This document shows positions 19,163 through 29,254 of a stretch of DNA of 46,170 bases, one piece after another. The stretch's first letter is position 1. Every line of letters starts with the position of its first letter. The stretch is from positions 1 through 46,170 of the forward strand of contig CAXBFC010000003.1 of NCBI GenBank assembly GCA_963974725.1. Reading direction: 5' to 3'. This stretch comes from an uncultured bacterium (lineage in GTDB: Bacteria > Planctomycetota > UBA1135 > UBA2386). A model generated the notes under the pieces. It was given only the letters and a program-made list of their open reading frames with translations, was not told the DNA's origin and did no database searches. A program made the translations under genes and the position numbers.

Positions 19163-20746
19163 ATGCGTTTATCTATCCTTGCGTTGGCCGCCATCGGCTT
19201 CGCCAGCACCGCAGCAGCACAGATGCCGCTGCCCACATTCGGTAGCACGTTCACCGCAGGCCTGACTCGCGGCTTCTGGTTTCAAGCGCCAGTCAGCTTC
19301 GTCATCACCGGCCTCCGAGTGCCGAACGAAGCCGGGCAATCCCATCAGGTCGTCGAAGTCATCGACCTGCTCGGCGCAGCACCGCCCGCCTACCCGGGCA
19401 CCGTGACCGGCAACACGTTGTTCTACGACAACAGTTCGACAAGCGGCACCATCATCCCCGTTGCGATCCCGGTCGCGGCCGGTGACTTCATCGGCATCCT
19501 CGGCGCCTGCACAGCAGGCACCGGCGGCACTACTTCCTACAACTCGTATGGCACGCCTGCTGGGTCATACCTGAGCGATATTGTAGGTGTACCAACCACC
19601 ATCACGCGCTTCGGGACCCAGTTCGGCATCGGTGGCAGCAGCGGCAACCCGTGCTGGCAAGAAGCCGGCGGCCCCATCTCCCGCGTCGAGGTCTACGCTT
19701 CTCCGACGGGCAGCGGCACAATCGCCACCAACGCCGCGTACGGCGCGTCCTGTGGCGGCAATCCGATGGGCGACGGTTCGTTCTACGAAGTGTTCACCGG
19801 CGGCACGATCGATCTGGCCAATACCAGCTTCACGATGTTCTGGGCGGGTGATGGCTACGTGCAGATCCAAGGCGCCAATGCGATCGTGCCGCCAACCAGC
19901 ACGCCGCTGGTTATCGGTGACGATCAAGTTCTCCCACTGGCTTTGCCGTCGCCATTCCCCTGCACGCCAGGTTTGATCAACGACGTCTACTTGAGTTCCA
20001 ACGGCTTCCTGTCCTTCGAGGCGACAACCAACAGTGAGCTGACCGAAAGCAACACCGCGCTACTGAGCGGCCTGACCAGACTGGCATTCCTATGGGATGA
20101 CCTCAACCCCGGCGCGAGCGGGGGCGGCACCGTGCACGCGGAAGTCGACGGCAATGGCGTCTTCCACATCACGTTCACAAACGTGCCCGAATACACTGCA
20201 ACGGGTGCCAACAACGTGCAAGTCTCGCTGAACCCCAGCGGCGACATCGAAGTCAAATACGGCGCGCTGACGGTCGCCGACTGCCTGGTCGGCTTCAGCA
20301 GTGGCAATGGCGCGACCGACCCGGGCGCAACCGACCTGACGTCCGGCCTGCCGATCGTCATCACCACTGGCTTCGGGCCGTTCTCGGCCTCGATGGATCT
20401 CGCGGGCACAACCCGCCCAATCATCGGCACCAACTGGGATCTAACCACGACCGGCATCGATCCCATCTCGCCGATCGCGATCACCTACTTCGGTGCCCGC
20501 GGCCCAGCCGTGCCTCTGCAGGCCATCGGCATCAACGCCCCTGGTTGTGACATCAACCTGGCGACACTACTCACCAGCGGCACGGCCACCAACGTTGGCG
20601 GCACCGCCACCATCTCGGTGCCTCTGCCCAATACACCGGCACTGGTCGGCGGAATGGTCTCGGCGCAGTCGCTAGCTCTGACGCTCGCGAACCCATCCAA
20701 CATCGTCCTCAGTAACGGCGTCGAAGGCACCCTCGGCGATTTCTGA
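19163..20746 (+). CDS. secreted protein with nidogen-like domain and shared C-terminal domain
   Basis: Signal MRLSILALAAIGFASTAAA|Q; GDD...FP...YLSSNGFLSF...LAFLWDDLNP (NIDO-like); C-term APGC...VPLPNTPALVGGMVSAQ...ANPSNIVLSNGVEGTLG. Confidence 0.85.
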   Translation: MRLSILALAAIGFASTAAAQMPLPTFGSTFTAGLTRGFWFQAPVSFVITGLRVPNEAGQSHQVVEVIDLLGAAPPAYPGTVTGNTLFYDNSSTSGTIIPVAIPVAAGDFIGILGACTAGTGGTTSYNSYGTPAGSYLSDIVGVPTTITRFGTQFGIGGSSGNPCWQEAGGPISRVEVYASPTGSGTIATNAAYGASCGGNPMGDGSFYEVFTGGTIDLANTSFTMFWAGDGYVQIQGANAIVPPTSTPLVIGDDQVLPLALPSPFPCTPGLINDVYLSSNGFLSFEATTNSELTESNTALLSGLTRLAFLWDDLNPGASGGGTVHAEVDGNGVFHITFTNVPEYTATGANNVQVSLNPSGDIEVKYGALTVADCLVGFSSGNGATDPGATDLTSGLPIVITTGFGPFSASMDLAGTTRPIIGTNWDLTTTGIDPISPIAITYFGARGPAVPLQAIGINAPGCDINLATLLTSGTATNVGGTATISVPLPNTPALVGGMVSAQSLALTLANPSNIVLSNGVEGTLGDF

Positions 20747-20773
20747 TCGCTGACGTGTGACCGCTCGGTTGTT

Positions 20774-20837
20774 TCCCAGCGTCCCAGCGTCCCAGCGTCC
20801 CAGCGTCCCAGTGTCCCAGTGTCCCAGTATCCCAGCG
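20774..20837. repeat. 8 x 8-bp tandem repeat (TCCCAGYR)
   Basis: tcccagcg x4, tcccagtg x2, tcccagta, tcccagcg; lies between convergent stop codons. Confidence 0.95.
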
Positions 20838-20951
20838 TCATGGTGCCGGGGCACTTGGTGGGATCGGCACGATCAGGCTGCCGGCGCCGCCGCTAGTTAC
20901 CAGCGCCGGCGTCGCCGACGGTGCAGTCGCAACCACGAGTCGGGCTAGCGA

Positions 20952-22745
20952 CTACTTCTCTGCCGCCAAGAACCGCTCGACGTCGACAAACAACCGATAG
21001 CCCGGCGCGACGTAGGCGTAGTAGCGACCATCGGCTGAGAAGCCGTGGCAGAAGCTGGCGAACGGCACACCCCAGCTGAGAATGCGGGTGTGCGAGTTGC
21101 CAGTCAGTGACACTGGACCGGGCCCCCATGCGTGCGCGCCGGAGACCGGCGACCGCACCATGCGCGCGCCTTTGCTAACGCGCTCACACTGCAGCGTCGG
21201 GGACACGTCGGGTAGGCGATGCAAGCGAGACATCGGCTCGTCGACGCGTTCGAGTTCGTGACGCTGCCACGCGCCATCCTTACCCTGGCGCCATTGCGTC
21301 TCGGCATCGTCGCTGCGCGCGACGACGCAATCAGCGGCGACCCCCAACAGCCACCCGGTCTCGTGGTTGCGAGTGAACCATCCGGTGAATGGCGTAACCG
21401 TGCCATCGGCAGCCGTCGAGTTCCCGTGCCACTGCTCCTTCTGTACGGCCTGCACCTGCTCACGTTGGGGTGCCAGGCTGCGATCACTTGCGAACCGCCA
21501 GCGAGCAATTTCGAAGCCATGACCACCGACAAACACAGTATCGCCGGCCACCACCTCAAGCGCGCATAGGCGAGAGTCGGGAACCTCGTGGCTCGCGAGA
21601 AGTCGCGGTTCGTCGAGCTTGGTCACATCGAACACCTGCAAGTGATGCTTGGTCGCAACCAGCAAGGTGTTGTCATCGAGATACGCCAGATCCTGCGCAC
21701 GCCCCTCGCAGAGCAGCATCGTCGCCACGCTCGGATCCACGGCGGTCAAGTCGCGCAACGCAACATCGTCGCCAGCTCCGGGCATCGCAACCGAGCGACC
21801 GTCCGGCGAGAATGCGAGCCCGACGCCTTCGTCGACGTATCCGTACGCGGCAAGCACACCATCGTGCTGCCAGTCGGACCATGGCCCGCGCGCAGCCCCG
21901 AGCACTTGCACCTTGAGATGACGTTCGGGATGACGAGCGTCTTGCGCACGCAGCCCGACGATGCCGCCAACGGCACCCGCCGCCCCATGCGGATCGGTAA
22001 CGGTCGCAACCAATCGCACCAGTAGAGAGTCATTGAGGAACAGGTCGAATGGCAGTTCGTAGGCGCCCATCACGACGTCGGTTTCGCGACCCTGCTCGAA
22101 GTACGGCAGCAACATCAGTTCGCGCCGCCACAGCAGCGAGAGATCCAGTGGCACGCTCGCGGCCTGATGCAGCAGCGATTGCAGGATCGCGTCTTCACCA
22201 AGCATCTGGGCGACCTGCACGAGTCGCAACAAGGCCACAGAAAACGTCGCCGGATGTTCTTCTCGTGACAGCTGGATCGCCGGCAAGAAGCTCTCGTCGA
22301 CGACAAACTCGGGTACTCCGTGCAAACGAGACCGTTGCTGCTCCGTGCCATCGGGCGCACGCAAGACGAACTCAAGATCGAGACGCCGCGAATGCCGACT
22401 GGGCACAGCCAACGGCTCCCCTGCAACCGAGGCCGTGAAGCTCACGCGCCCCATGTCCCTGCCGAGTTCTTGACGATGCACGATCACCTCGAGCAGATGT
22501 CGCTGCACGTCCTCGCCAAGCACAACCTCAACCCCCAGCACCAATCGATCCCCATCGCGCAGCGCACGTTCGCCGGAGCGATCGATGCCGTCCGCGAGCG
22601 CCTTCGCACCTGGGTAGTTCGCGACCGTCGCGGGGTCAACTTGCAGCGCTTGTGCCGGCGCCGCGTCTTCAGGCTGCAAGTTGGCGCAGCCAGCAGCGAG
22701 CAACAACGCACCAGACACCACCCGACGCCGTGTTCCCTTTGTCAT
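20952..22745 (-). CDS. lipoprotein with C-terminal WD40-like beta-propeller
   Basis: MTKGTRRRVVSGALLLAAG|C lipobox; GLAFSPDGRSVA and GFSADGRYYA blades. Confidence 0.75.
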   Translation of the reverse strand: MTKGTRRRVVSGALLLAAGCANLQPEDAAPAQALQVDPATVANYPGAKALADGIDRSGERALRDGDRLVLGVEVVLGEDVQRHLLEVIVHRQELGRDMGRVSFTASVAGEPLAVPSRHSRRLDLEFVLRAPDGTEQQRSRLHGVPEFVVDESFLPAIQLSREEHPATFSVALLRLVQVAQMLGEDAILQSLLHQAASVPLDLSLLWRRELMLLPYFEQGRETDVVMGAYELPFDLFLNDSLLVRLVATVTDPHGAAGAVGGIVGLRAQDARHPERHLKVQVLGAARGPWSDWQHDGVLAAYGYVDEGVGLAFSPDGRSVAMPGAGDDVALRDLTAVDPSVATMLLCEGRAQDLAYLDDNTLLVATKHHLQVFDVTKLDEPRLLASHEVPDSRLCALEVVAGDTVFVGGHGFEIARWRFASDRSLAPQREQVQAVQKEQWHGNSTAADGTVTPFTGWFTRNHETGWLLGVAADCVVARSDDAETQWRQGKDGAWQRHELERVDEPMSRLHRLPDVSPTLQCERVSKGARMVRSPVSGAHAWGPGPVSLTGNSHTRILSWGVPFASFCHGFSADGRYYAYVAPGYRLFVDVERFLAAEK

Positions 22746-22915
22746 TATCGTTGGAGCCTAGCCAGGAGTTGCCGCGCCTCCAAGTGCGCGCATTGTGCCA
22801 ACAACTTGCAACCACGGCGGGGTGTGAGCTTTCGGCCCAGGGGCATTGCCGTGCTATTCAGGTCTCACAGCCTTTGGCGACGATGGCGCTTTCACCGGCC
22901 GCTAACTTCACCCAG

Positions 22916-23947
22916 ATGAGAACCTTGCTGCTTGTTGTCGTTGTGCTGCTCGCGGGCGCCAGGATCCTGCCCGGGCAATGCTGCGTCTATTCGTGGGCTG
23001 CGAATCCGATCCCTAGCTTTCCCGCTAGCTACACCGACATCCTGAATCCCAACAGTTCGTCGCCCCTAAGTGATCCGATCGTCCGTCACTTGATCCGCAC
23101 GCCCGAGGCTGTCTTCGCCAACGTTCCGGTCGTCATTCGTGACGTTGCCATGGGCGTTCGCTCAGGCAGTCGAACTCTGCGATACGATCGCATCACTGTG
23201 CGAATCGGGCAGACCACGGCACCGCACTCGTCAACGTTCAGTGCCAACTTCACGTCGCCGCTAACGACGGTTCTCGAAGCAGAAGACCACGTTTGGTCTC
23301 AGGGGTTTGGGCCTTGCTGGGCTCCAATGGGCCTTCAGGGGACATTCCAGTTTCTGCCGGGTCATGGCGACTTGCTGGTCGAGATCGTGACCGAGAACGC
23401 TGCGGTGCTTGAGAATCTCTCGTTCGGCGAGACTCTGGTCAGTCCTATCGATTCCTGGCTGGTTGGTGGCGGCACTGCCTCATTGCCGACGACAGGAGTA
23501 TCGGGGGCGGACCCTGCGATGTGCTTCTTTGTCGACAAGGCGCATGCGATGTTGCTTGGACAAGGATGCGTCGGCTCCAGTGGACTGATCCCTCAATTGG
23601 GCGTGACTGGCATTCCGACTCCGGGTGCGCAGTTGTCGCTGTGGCTGAGTGGCGCGCCCGGGAACGGCTTGGCTTTGGCAGCGTACGGCTTCGACAACTC
23701 ACCACCGTTCCCGCTGGATCTTGGCTCATTGGGGGCGCCCGGTTGTCGCCAGTACTCTGCCATTGGTTTTGCCGATGTCGTCATCTGCGATGCGCTGGGT
23801 GTTGGCCAGCAGCAGGTAGCTATTCCCAGCACGCCTGTGACTCTCGGAGCGATCCTGTATCCGCAGTTCTTTGTGCTCGACCCAGCAGCGAACTCAGTTG
23901 GTCTGACGACTACGAACTACGCGCGGTTGCTCGTTGGCAGTCAGTAG
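22916..23947 (+). CDS. secreted protein with shared C-terminal domain
   Basis: ATG 22916 gives MRTLLLVVVVLLAGARILPG|Q; C-term LGQGCVGSSGLIPQL...PLDLGSLGAPGC...IPSTPVTLGAILYPQFFVLDPAANSVGLTTTN. Confidence 0.85.
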   Translation: MRTLLLVVVVLLAGARILPGQCCVYSWAANPIPSFPASYTDILNPNSSSPLSDPIVRHLIRTPEAVFANVPVVIRDVAMGVRSGSRTLRYDRITVRIGQTTAPHSSTFSANFTSPLTTVLEAEDHVWSQGFGPCWAPMGLQGTFQFLPGHGDLLVEIVTENAAVLENLSFGETLVSPIDSWLVGGGTASLPTTGVSGADPAMCFFVDKAHAMLLGQGCVGSSGLIPQLGVTGIPTPGAQLSLWLSGAPGNGLALAAYGFDNSPPFPLDLGSLGAPGCRQYSAIGFADVVICDALGVGQQQVAIPSTPVTLGAILYPQFFVLDPAANSVGLTTTNYARLLVGSQ

Positions 23948-24119
23948 TCGGCGGTCTGGTTGTCGCACCGCGCAGTATCCGCCTCAGGGGCCACCTCAGG
24001 CGCTACTACGGATCTGGCCTGGCGCGAGATCCACGCCAACGTTGCCGTGTCATCAGCGGTCGCGCGTGGCGCTACATGCGCGCGCATTGCGCGTCCACGA
24101 CACGCTGTACGGCCTCGAC

Positions 24120-25811
24120 CTACTCGTTGATCTCGAGCATCAAACGATTGCTGACTGCACCGGCCCCTGAAGACGTGAGTGTCGCACCTTGCAGGAACAT
24201 CTCAAGCTCAAGGCCGAGCACGGGCGGAATCGTCAGCGGCACCGTGAACACACCGCCCGGGCCTACCGTGCCCGTTCCGGCGCGGCGGACCGCGTTGTTG
24301 CCGGGGATGCTCCAGCTACCGAGCGAGGCGACGAATCGGTGGTATGGGATCGGGTCAAGATTCTGTGGGATCCAGAAGAACAGCACGGCGAGGTCGCCCG
24401 GGTTGCTGCTGAGATCGACGTTGATCGGAGTCGGCACCCCGTTGGTGTGCAGGTTGCCGAAAGCGTCGAGCTGCTGGCACGTCAATCGCACTGGGGCGCC
24501 ACCGCCATCGGTGCGTTCGTCGGCGCCAATCTCGACGTCTGGTACGGTGTCCTGAGCAAAGTCGAGCACGCGTGAGTCGCCGTCAACATCGATGGCGCAG
24601 TCCGCGCGGGCGCTGATCGGGCCCACGTTGACGTTGATGGTCGGCAGCACAAATGCGTTCGTGCCTGCATCCATCAACGGCGAAGTCGGCTGCAAGTGAA
24701 GGTCGCTCGGCGGAGCGACGAATTGCGGCGGGTTGCCGATGCCGACCGTAGACAGCACCCAGTTGGTGACCTGTGTCACTGCGCCCGAACTGCCGTTGCT
24801 GAGGTCGGTGACCGAGCTGGCACCAGCGGCGTAACTCGGCGGGTTCCAGATGATGTTGTTGGCGAGCACGATATTGCCTCCACCACCGATCAGCACGCCG
24901 AAGACATCCTGATTCGGCGTGAATGGTCGGCCGTAGCCCTGCGTGTTGTTGACGATGCGCGCGCTGCCGTTGAACACGACAATGCCCCACTCGGCATCGC
25001 GGACGAAGTTGGAGACGATGCGCGCCTCGGTGGTCTCGGGCGTGCCGAATACGTTGATGCCGACTTCGTTGTCGTGAATGTTGTTCGCGCGGATCAGATT
25101 CGAGGACGTGCCACCGAGGTTGAGTGCATCGACCCCGGTGCCGTAGCCTTGTGAGTTGGCGTTGAAGGCGATCTCGCACTCCTCGACCACGTGCTGGGAG
25201 AAGCGTCCTTGACGAGTCCAGATCGTGATGCCAACGGCGCGGTTCTGCACCAGCTGGCAACGATGTACGTGGACGCGGTCCGGCGTGTCCGCCGGCGCAC
25301 CACTCATCGACGTATCAATCTCGATGCCAACGATTCCGCTGGTCAACGTCAGCCCACGGATGACCGTGCTGGGCGTGACGCCACAAGAGCCGCTGGTCGG
25401 TCCAGCACGATCGACGCGCAGCACCGGCTCGAACTGCGTGCCGCTGAGCACGACGCCAGGCTCGAACGCCTGCAGCTTGATACCACGCGCCGGCAGCTCG
25501 ATCGGAAACGCCTCGTTGGCCGCGTAGGTGCCGGCGAGAATGTTGATCGTGATCGGGTTGCCGACCGCAGTCAGGTTCTCTGCCTGCGTAACCGCAAAGG
25601 AAACGGTGCGCCACGGCGCGGCAAGCGTGCCGGCGTTGGCATTGCTGCCCGCGACGGAAACGTAGTAGACGTTGCCGCAGGCCCAAGAGGCAGCGCTGGC
25701 CGGAACCGGCGAGATCTGCTGCGCGACGATCTGCGCGTCCAGCGAGACAGAGAAAGAGGTGCACGCCAGGGCGGCGAGCAAACGGAGAGAAAGGGTTCGA
25801 TTCGTTTTCAT
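24120..25811 (-). CDS. secreted right-handed parallel beta-helix protein (DUF1565/pectin-lyase-like) with shared C-terminal domain
   Basis: Signal ending VSLDA|Q; YYVSVAGSNANAGTLAAPWRTVSFA, GTY...EAFPI; Asn-ladder repeats; DLHLQPTSPLMDAG...DVDGDSR...EIGADE; ends FLQG...AVSNRLMLEINE. Confidence 0.85.
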   Translation of the reverse strand: MKTNRTLSLRLLAALACTSFSVSLDAQIVAQQISPVPASAASWACGNVYYVSVAGSNANAGTLAAPWRTVSFAVTQAENLTAVGNPITINILAGTYAANEAFPIELPARGIKLQAFEPGVVLSGTQFEPVLRVDRAGPTSGSCGVTPSTVIRGLTLTSGIVGIEIDTSMSGAPADTPDRVHVHRCQLVQNRAVGITIWTRQGRFSQHVVEECEIAFNANSQGYGTGVDALNLGGTSSNLIRANNIHDNEVGINVFGTPETTEARIVSNFVRDAEWGIVVFNGSARIVNNTQGYGRPFTPNQDVFGVLIGGGGNIVLANNIIWNPPSYAAGASSVTDLSNGSSGAVTQVTNWVLSTVGIGNPPQFVAPPSDLHLQPTSPLMDAGTNAFVLPTINVNVGPISARADCAIDVDGDSRVLDFAQDTVPDVEIGADERTDGGGAPVRLTCQQLDAFGNLHTNGVPTPINVDLSSNPGDLAVLFFWIPQNLDPIPYHRFVASLGSWSIPGNNAVRRAGTGTVGPGGVFTVPLTIPPVLGLELEMFLQGATLTSSGAGAVSNRLMLEINE

Positions 25812-26070
25812 GATGGTCTCTTGATGTAGAAGGGTTCGACCATGAAGACGGAGCACGACCCGGACTACGGACTGAGTCGCTGCAGAATCTGGACGAACCG
25901 TTGGCACGATGCGTTTCGCTGAAGCACACCGCGCGCGGCGTGCGTTCGCTGCGCCGCGACCGTTCGCAATGGCAACTGGCGCCGAACGACCGCGTGACTC
26001 CAACGCGTCAGGCGGAAGAACGATGACAGCACAGCGTGCCTGGCAGCCGCGATGCATCAGCACTACCGAA

Positions 26071-26130
26071 GTCGCGGATCGCGGTGTCGCGGCACGCGGT
26101 GTCACGGAACGCGGTGTCGCGGCACGCGGA
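26071..26130. repeat. 4 x 15-bp tandem repeat (GTCRCGGMWCGCGGW)
   Basis: gtcgcggatcgcggt / gtcgcggcacgcggt / gtcacggaacgcggt / gtcgcggcacgcgga; intergenic. Confidence 0.9.
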
Positions 26131-26265
26131 CCGCGTCATTTCGCATCACAGATCGCGTCAACGCGAACTCGGGTCGCGTTGTCGGGGAATGCGCGGGGAA
26201 TACGGATCGTGGAACGCGGACCTCTGCACGCGTCGACGCGGATCGCCTCGTCGCCGCGCGCCCGA

Positions 26266-28377
26266 TCAGCGATCCGTGATCGCCCCGAGGATCCGCTCTT
26301 GATCGCTAGCAACGGGCATGATGTTGGGCAGTCCATCGTCGCCCACGAGTTCGATGCCAGGCGGCACGCCCTCGAGCACAAACTCGCCCTGAGCGTTCGG
26401 CGTTGCCGAATACAGCCAAACCCCTTTCTTCGCGAACGCCGCCGGCGCCCACCGGAGCGTGTCGCTACGCCTGGTTCGCCCTGCTGCTGCGACGAACCGA
26501 CCGCGGATCGTCGCTGCGGGCAGCATGTCGAGGCGAACCGATGATGCGTCGCCTTTGACATCGCCCTCGACGACACCGGCAAGCCATCGACCGCCAACAC
26601 GCAGTGACGCGCACAGCTGATGCCGTCCCTTGGGTATTCTGGCGACGCGCACGCCCGAATCCGTCGCGGGCTCCGGCTCGAGCGCTAGCGACTGCACGTA
26701 TCCAGAATCCAGATCGATGGCGTGCACCACGCTCACGGGAACGTCGTGGCCATGTTCATCGACAGTGGTGACTCGCAGCGCGGCTCCGGCGTGGACCTGC
26801 ACGGCCACGGTCACGGCATCACCGAGTTCACCGAGAGGTCGGTCAATCATCTCGGCCGAATCGAGACGCTGCACTCGCGGCAGAGTTGTCAGTCCGTTGG
26901 CCGGTGCGGCCTGGAGCTGCAGTCGGCCAGGTGGCACGCCATGCAACAGGTAGTCCGCGCCAAACGAAACCGCGGCGACCTCCGTCACCGCATCGGCGAC
27001 GGTCTGGCTGTCTGGCAAGAACGAAAGCGCCAGACGGGCCGCGGCCTGTCGAGGATCCTCGAACACGCGTTCGGGCCCGACTCGCGCCCCCTGCTCGTGA
27101 AGTTCGACACGGACTCGTACGGTCGCGCCCGCCATCGGCAGTAGTTCGCCAAGGTCGAGTTCCATGTTCGGCAACAAGCGCATGGTCGAGCTGACGAAGT
27201 AGATGTCGTGGTCGTTCTCAAGCCAACAAGCCCTGATCGCGTAGATGCCGGGACGCACGTTCTCGAAGCGAAAGCCGCCATCGCGGTCGACTCTTTGGAA
27301 GCTCACTGCGTCGACGGTCGTGACGGGGCGCACATCGCCACCCCCCGCTTGATGGATCTGACACAGCTTGACGCGAATGCTCGCACCCGCCTTGCAACGC
27401 ACCGTGCCGTGAACTGCCGCCTCACCGAGCAGGCTTGCGCCAATCTGGGCGCGCTCCGTTGCCTTGATGACAAAGGTCCCGCTCATGTTCGACGGCGGCG
27501 GTGCTGCGACGACGACTCCTTCGGGGGTGACGCGAAGCCGACGCGCTTCGTGAGCGGGATCGAAGTCGGCATGGTGAAGGCCTTGAATGCCGCAACGGTA
27601 GGTGTCGCCGGGAGCGACGCCAGTCCAACGCGCGACGCCATCCGCGCCGGTCGTCCGGCGCATTGGTGCCAGGGCAAGGTATCGCGGCTCGATTGCGCGT
27701 GATCCACCAATCATCACCTCTTCACCAGCTACCGTCACGATGCCGTCAACGACCAACAAGTGCGCCATCTTGTCCACGGGCACTAGAGGCTCCTTGCCCG
27801 ACATCAACCTCGGCCAGTCGGCCTCCCAATGGCCAGCCGCGAGAGGCGGCAGCAGCACGACCTCGACACCAGCGACAGGTTGCCCCGACGCGTCGCAGAC
27901 GCTCAGCTCAGCCGAACCACCGCGTTGCAGCGGCACATCGATCGCAGCGGCATCGAGCTTCAGGCGTCCATGAATTGCGCAGTAGCCATCGCAGGTCACA
28001 CGCAACTCGATCTCGTCGCCAACGTCGCACGCCAACCCGACGACGGCGCCGTGGCCTGGCTCTTGCGTGCGCCAGTCTTTTGCGCTGACGCGCCACCGAA
28101 CGATCGCGTCCGGCAGCGGACCGAAGTCCGCTGCGTCAAGGATCCGGAGTCGCACTCCCGTCTCTTCATTCGCCAACTGCCGTAGGTTGGTGCTCACCTT
28201 GGTCGCGCTGGCTTCCGCCAACGGATGGACACCTGACGCCGCAGTCGAAACCGCGGCCAAGGTATCCTGCGCCGGGGTCGGTGCCCCTGCGCCAGGTCGA
28301 TAGCTGATCCACGACACCAAGATGAGCCCGAGCAGCAAGACGCCGAGCGCGAGAACGACTCCAGATCGTGCGTTCAT
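26266..28377 (-). CDS. membrane-anchored protein with carboxypeptidase-regulatory-like beta-sandwich repeats
   Basis: N-terminal TM; DASGQPVAGVEV, TTGADGVARW, DRDGGFRFENVRPGIY, NAQGEFVLEGVPPG. Start overlaps the upstream stop (TGATG). Confidence 0.8.
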   Translation of the reverse strand: MNARSGVVLALGVLLLGLILVSWISYRPGAGAPTPAQDTLAAVSTAASGVHPLAEASATKVSTNLRQLANEETGVRLRILDAADFGPLPDAIVRWRVSAKDWRTQEPGHGAVVGLACDVGDEIELRVTCDGYCAIHGRLKLDAAAIDVPLQRGGSAELSVCDASGQPVAGVEVVLLPPLAAGHWEADWPRLMSGKEPLVPVDKMAHLLVVDGIVTVAGEEVMIGGSRAIEPRYLALAPMRRTTGADGVARWTGVAPGDTYRCGIQGLHHADFDPAHEARRLRVTPEGVVVAAPPPSNMSGTFVIKATERAQIGASLLGEAAVHGTVRCKAGASIRVKLCQIHQAGGGDVRPVTTVDAVSFQRVDRDGGFRFENVRPGIYAIRACWLENDHDIYFVSSTMRLLPNMELDLGELLPMAGATVRVRVELHEQGARVGPERVFEDPRQAAARLALSFLPDSQTVADAVTEVAAVSFGADYLLHGVPPGRLQLQAAPANGLTTLPRVQRLDSAEMIDRPLGELGDAVTVAVQVHAGAALRVTTVDEHGHDVPVSVVHAIDLDSGYVQSLALEPEPATDSGVRVARIPKGRHQLCASLRVGGRWLAGVVEGDVKGDASSVRLDMLPAATIRGRFVAAAGRTRRSDTLRWAPAAFAKKGVWLYSATPNAQGEFVLEGVPPGIELVGDDGLPNIMPVASDQERILGAITDR

Positions 28378-29033
28378 CAGTTCAACGTGACCGTGCCGGT
28401 TGCGTTGGCGCCTGCGTACATCTGCATCGCACTACCGGCTGGGAGGGTTCCCGAGGCGGTCGCGCCAGAGTTCATGTTGAGGCTGAAGGCGCTCTGGTTG
28501 GAGGCCGTGGCGCTGGCCGAGACCGGCAGCGTGGTCATGAAGGGAAAAGCCGGTGGCGGCACGGCGGTCGCCGAAGCCGACGCCGTCAGCCAGCCAAAGT
28601 AGGGGCACGTGACCGCGACCGTCGCCGTCACCGAGCCGGAGTAACCAGCGCCACGCAGCCGAGCCAACGGTCGCACCGGTTGCGCCGTCAACGACACCTG
28701 CACCTGACCGTTGCCGGCGGCGTTGGTGTAGAACTCGGTGACGCCAGCCGTTCGGCTTGCGTTGCCCGAAACCGTGCTGCCGCTGATGGTGTATCCCTGC
28801 ACCGAGCCGCCGCCACTCGTGAACCAGTTGCTCATCGAGCTACCGGCATCCGCGAGCGCACCGCCAGAGATGAAGCCCTGGTTGGTCGGGTTGTTCTGGC
28901 TGAACTGGAGGAAGTTGCTTTGCGAAACGGGCGTGACGGCCCAGCCACCGCCGAGCGAAACGTTGATCTGCTGAGCAGATCCGGCAGTGGCCAACGCAGC
29001 CACGGCAAGAGAGGTGATAAGTAGGTTCTTCAT
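28377..29033 (-). CDS. small secreted Ser/Thr/Gly/Ala-rich beta protein, unknown function
   Basis: ATG 29033 with RBS ACAAGGA; signal MKNLLITSLAVAALATAGSA|Q; 218 aa; coupled to 26266-28377. Confidence 0.8.
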   Translation of the reverse strand: MKNLLITSLAVAALATAGSAQQINVSLGGGWAVTPVSQSNFLQFSQNNPTNQGFISGGALADAGSSMSNWFTSGGGSVQGYTISGSTVSGNASRTAGVTEFYTNAAGNGQVQVSLTAQPVRPLARLRGAGYSGSVTATVAVTCPYFGWLTASASATAVPPPAFPFMTTLPVSASATASNQSAFSLNMNSGATASGTLPAGSAMQMYAGANATGTVTLN

Positions 29034-29254
29034 GATTCTTGTCCTTGTAAAACGGGTCAATTCGCGCGCACCATGCGCGCACCATGAGGACGCCATCGGC
29101 AGCTAGATGCGGAGCGAACATTCCAATGGCTCCCCCACCGAACGAATCCCTTGGGTGTTGGTCGAGTGCCTACACAGGAAGAGCAGGACAGCGTTCGATC
29201 AAAAACCAGGCGTCGCTACATCGCTGCCCTTTCGGTCATTTCGGGCAGCTCACA

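Noticed and set aside
20774-20837. Possible CRISPR array (also 26071-26130 and 45786-45830)
   Set aside because: Units are 8-15 bp and contiguous with no unique spacers; no cas genes.
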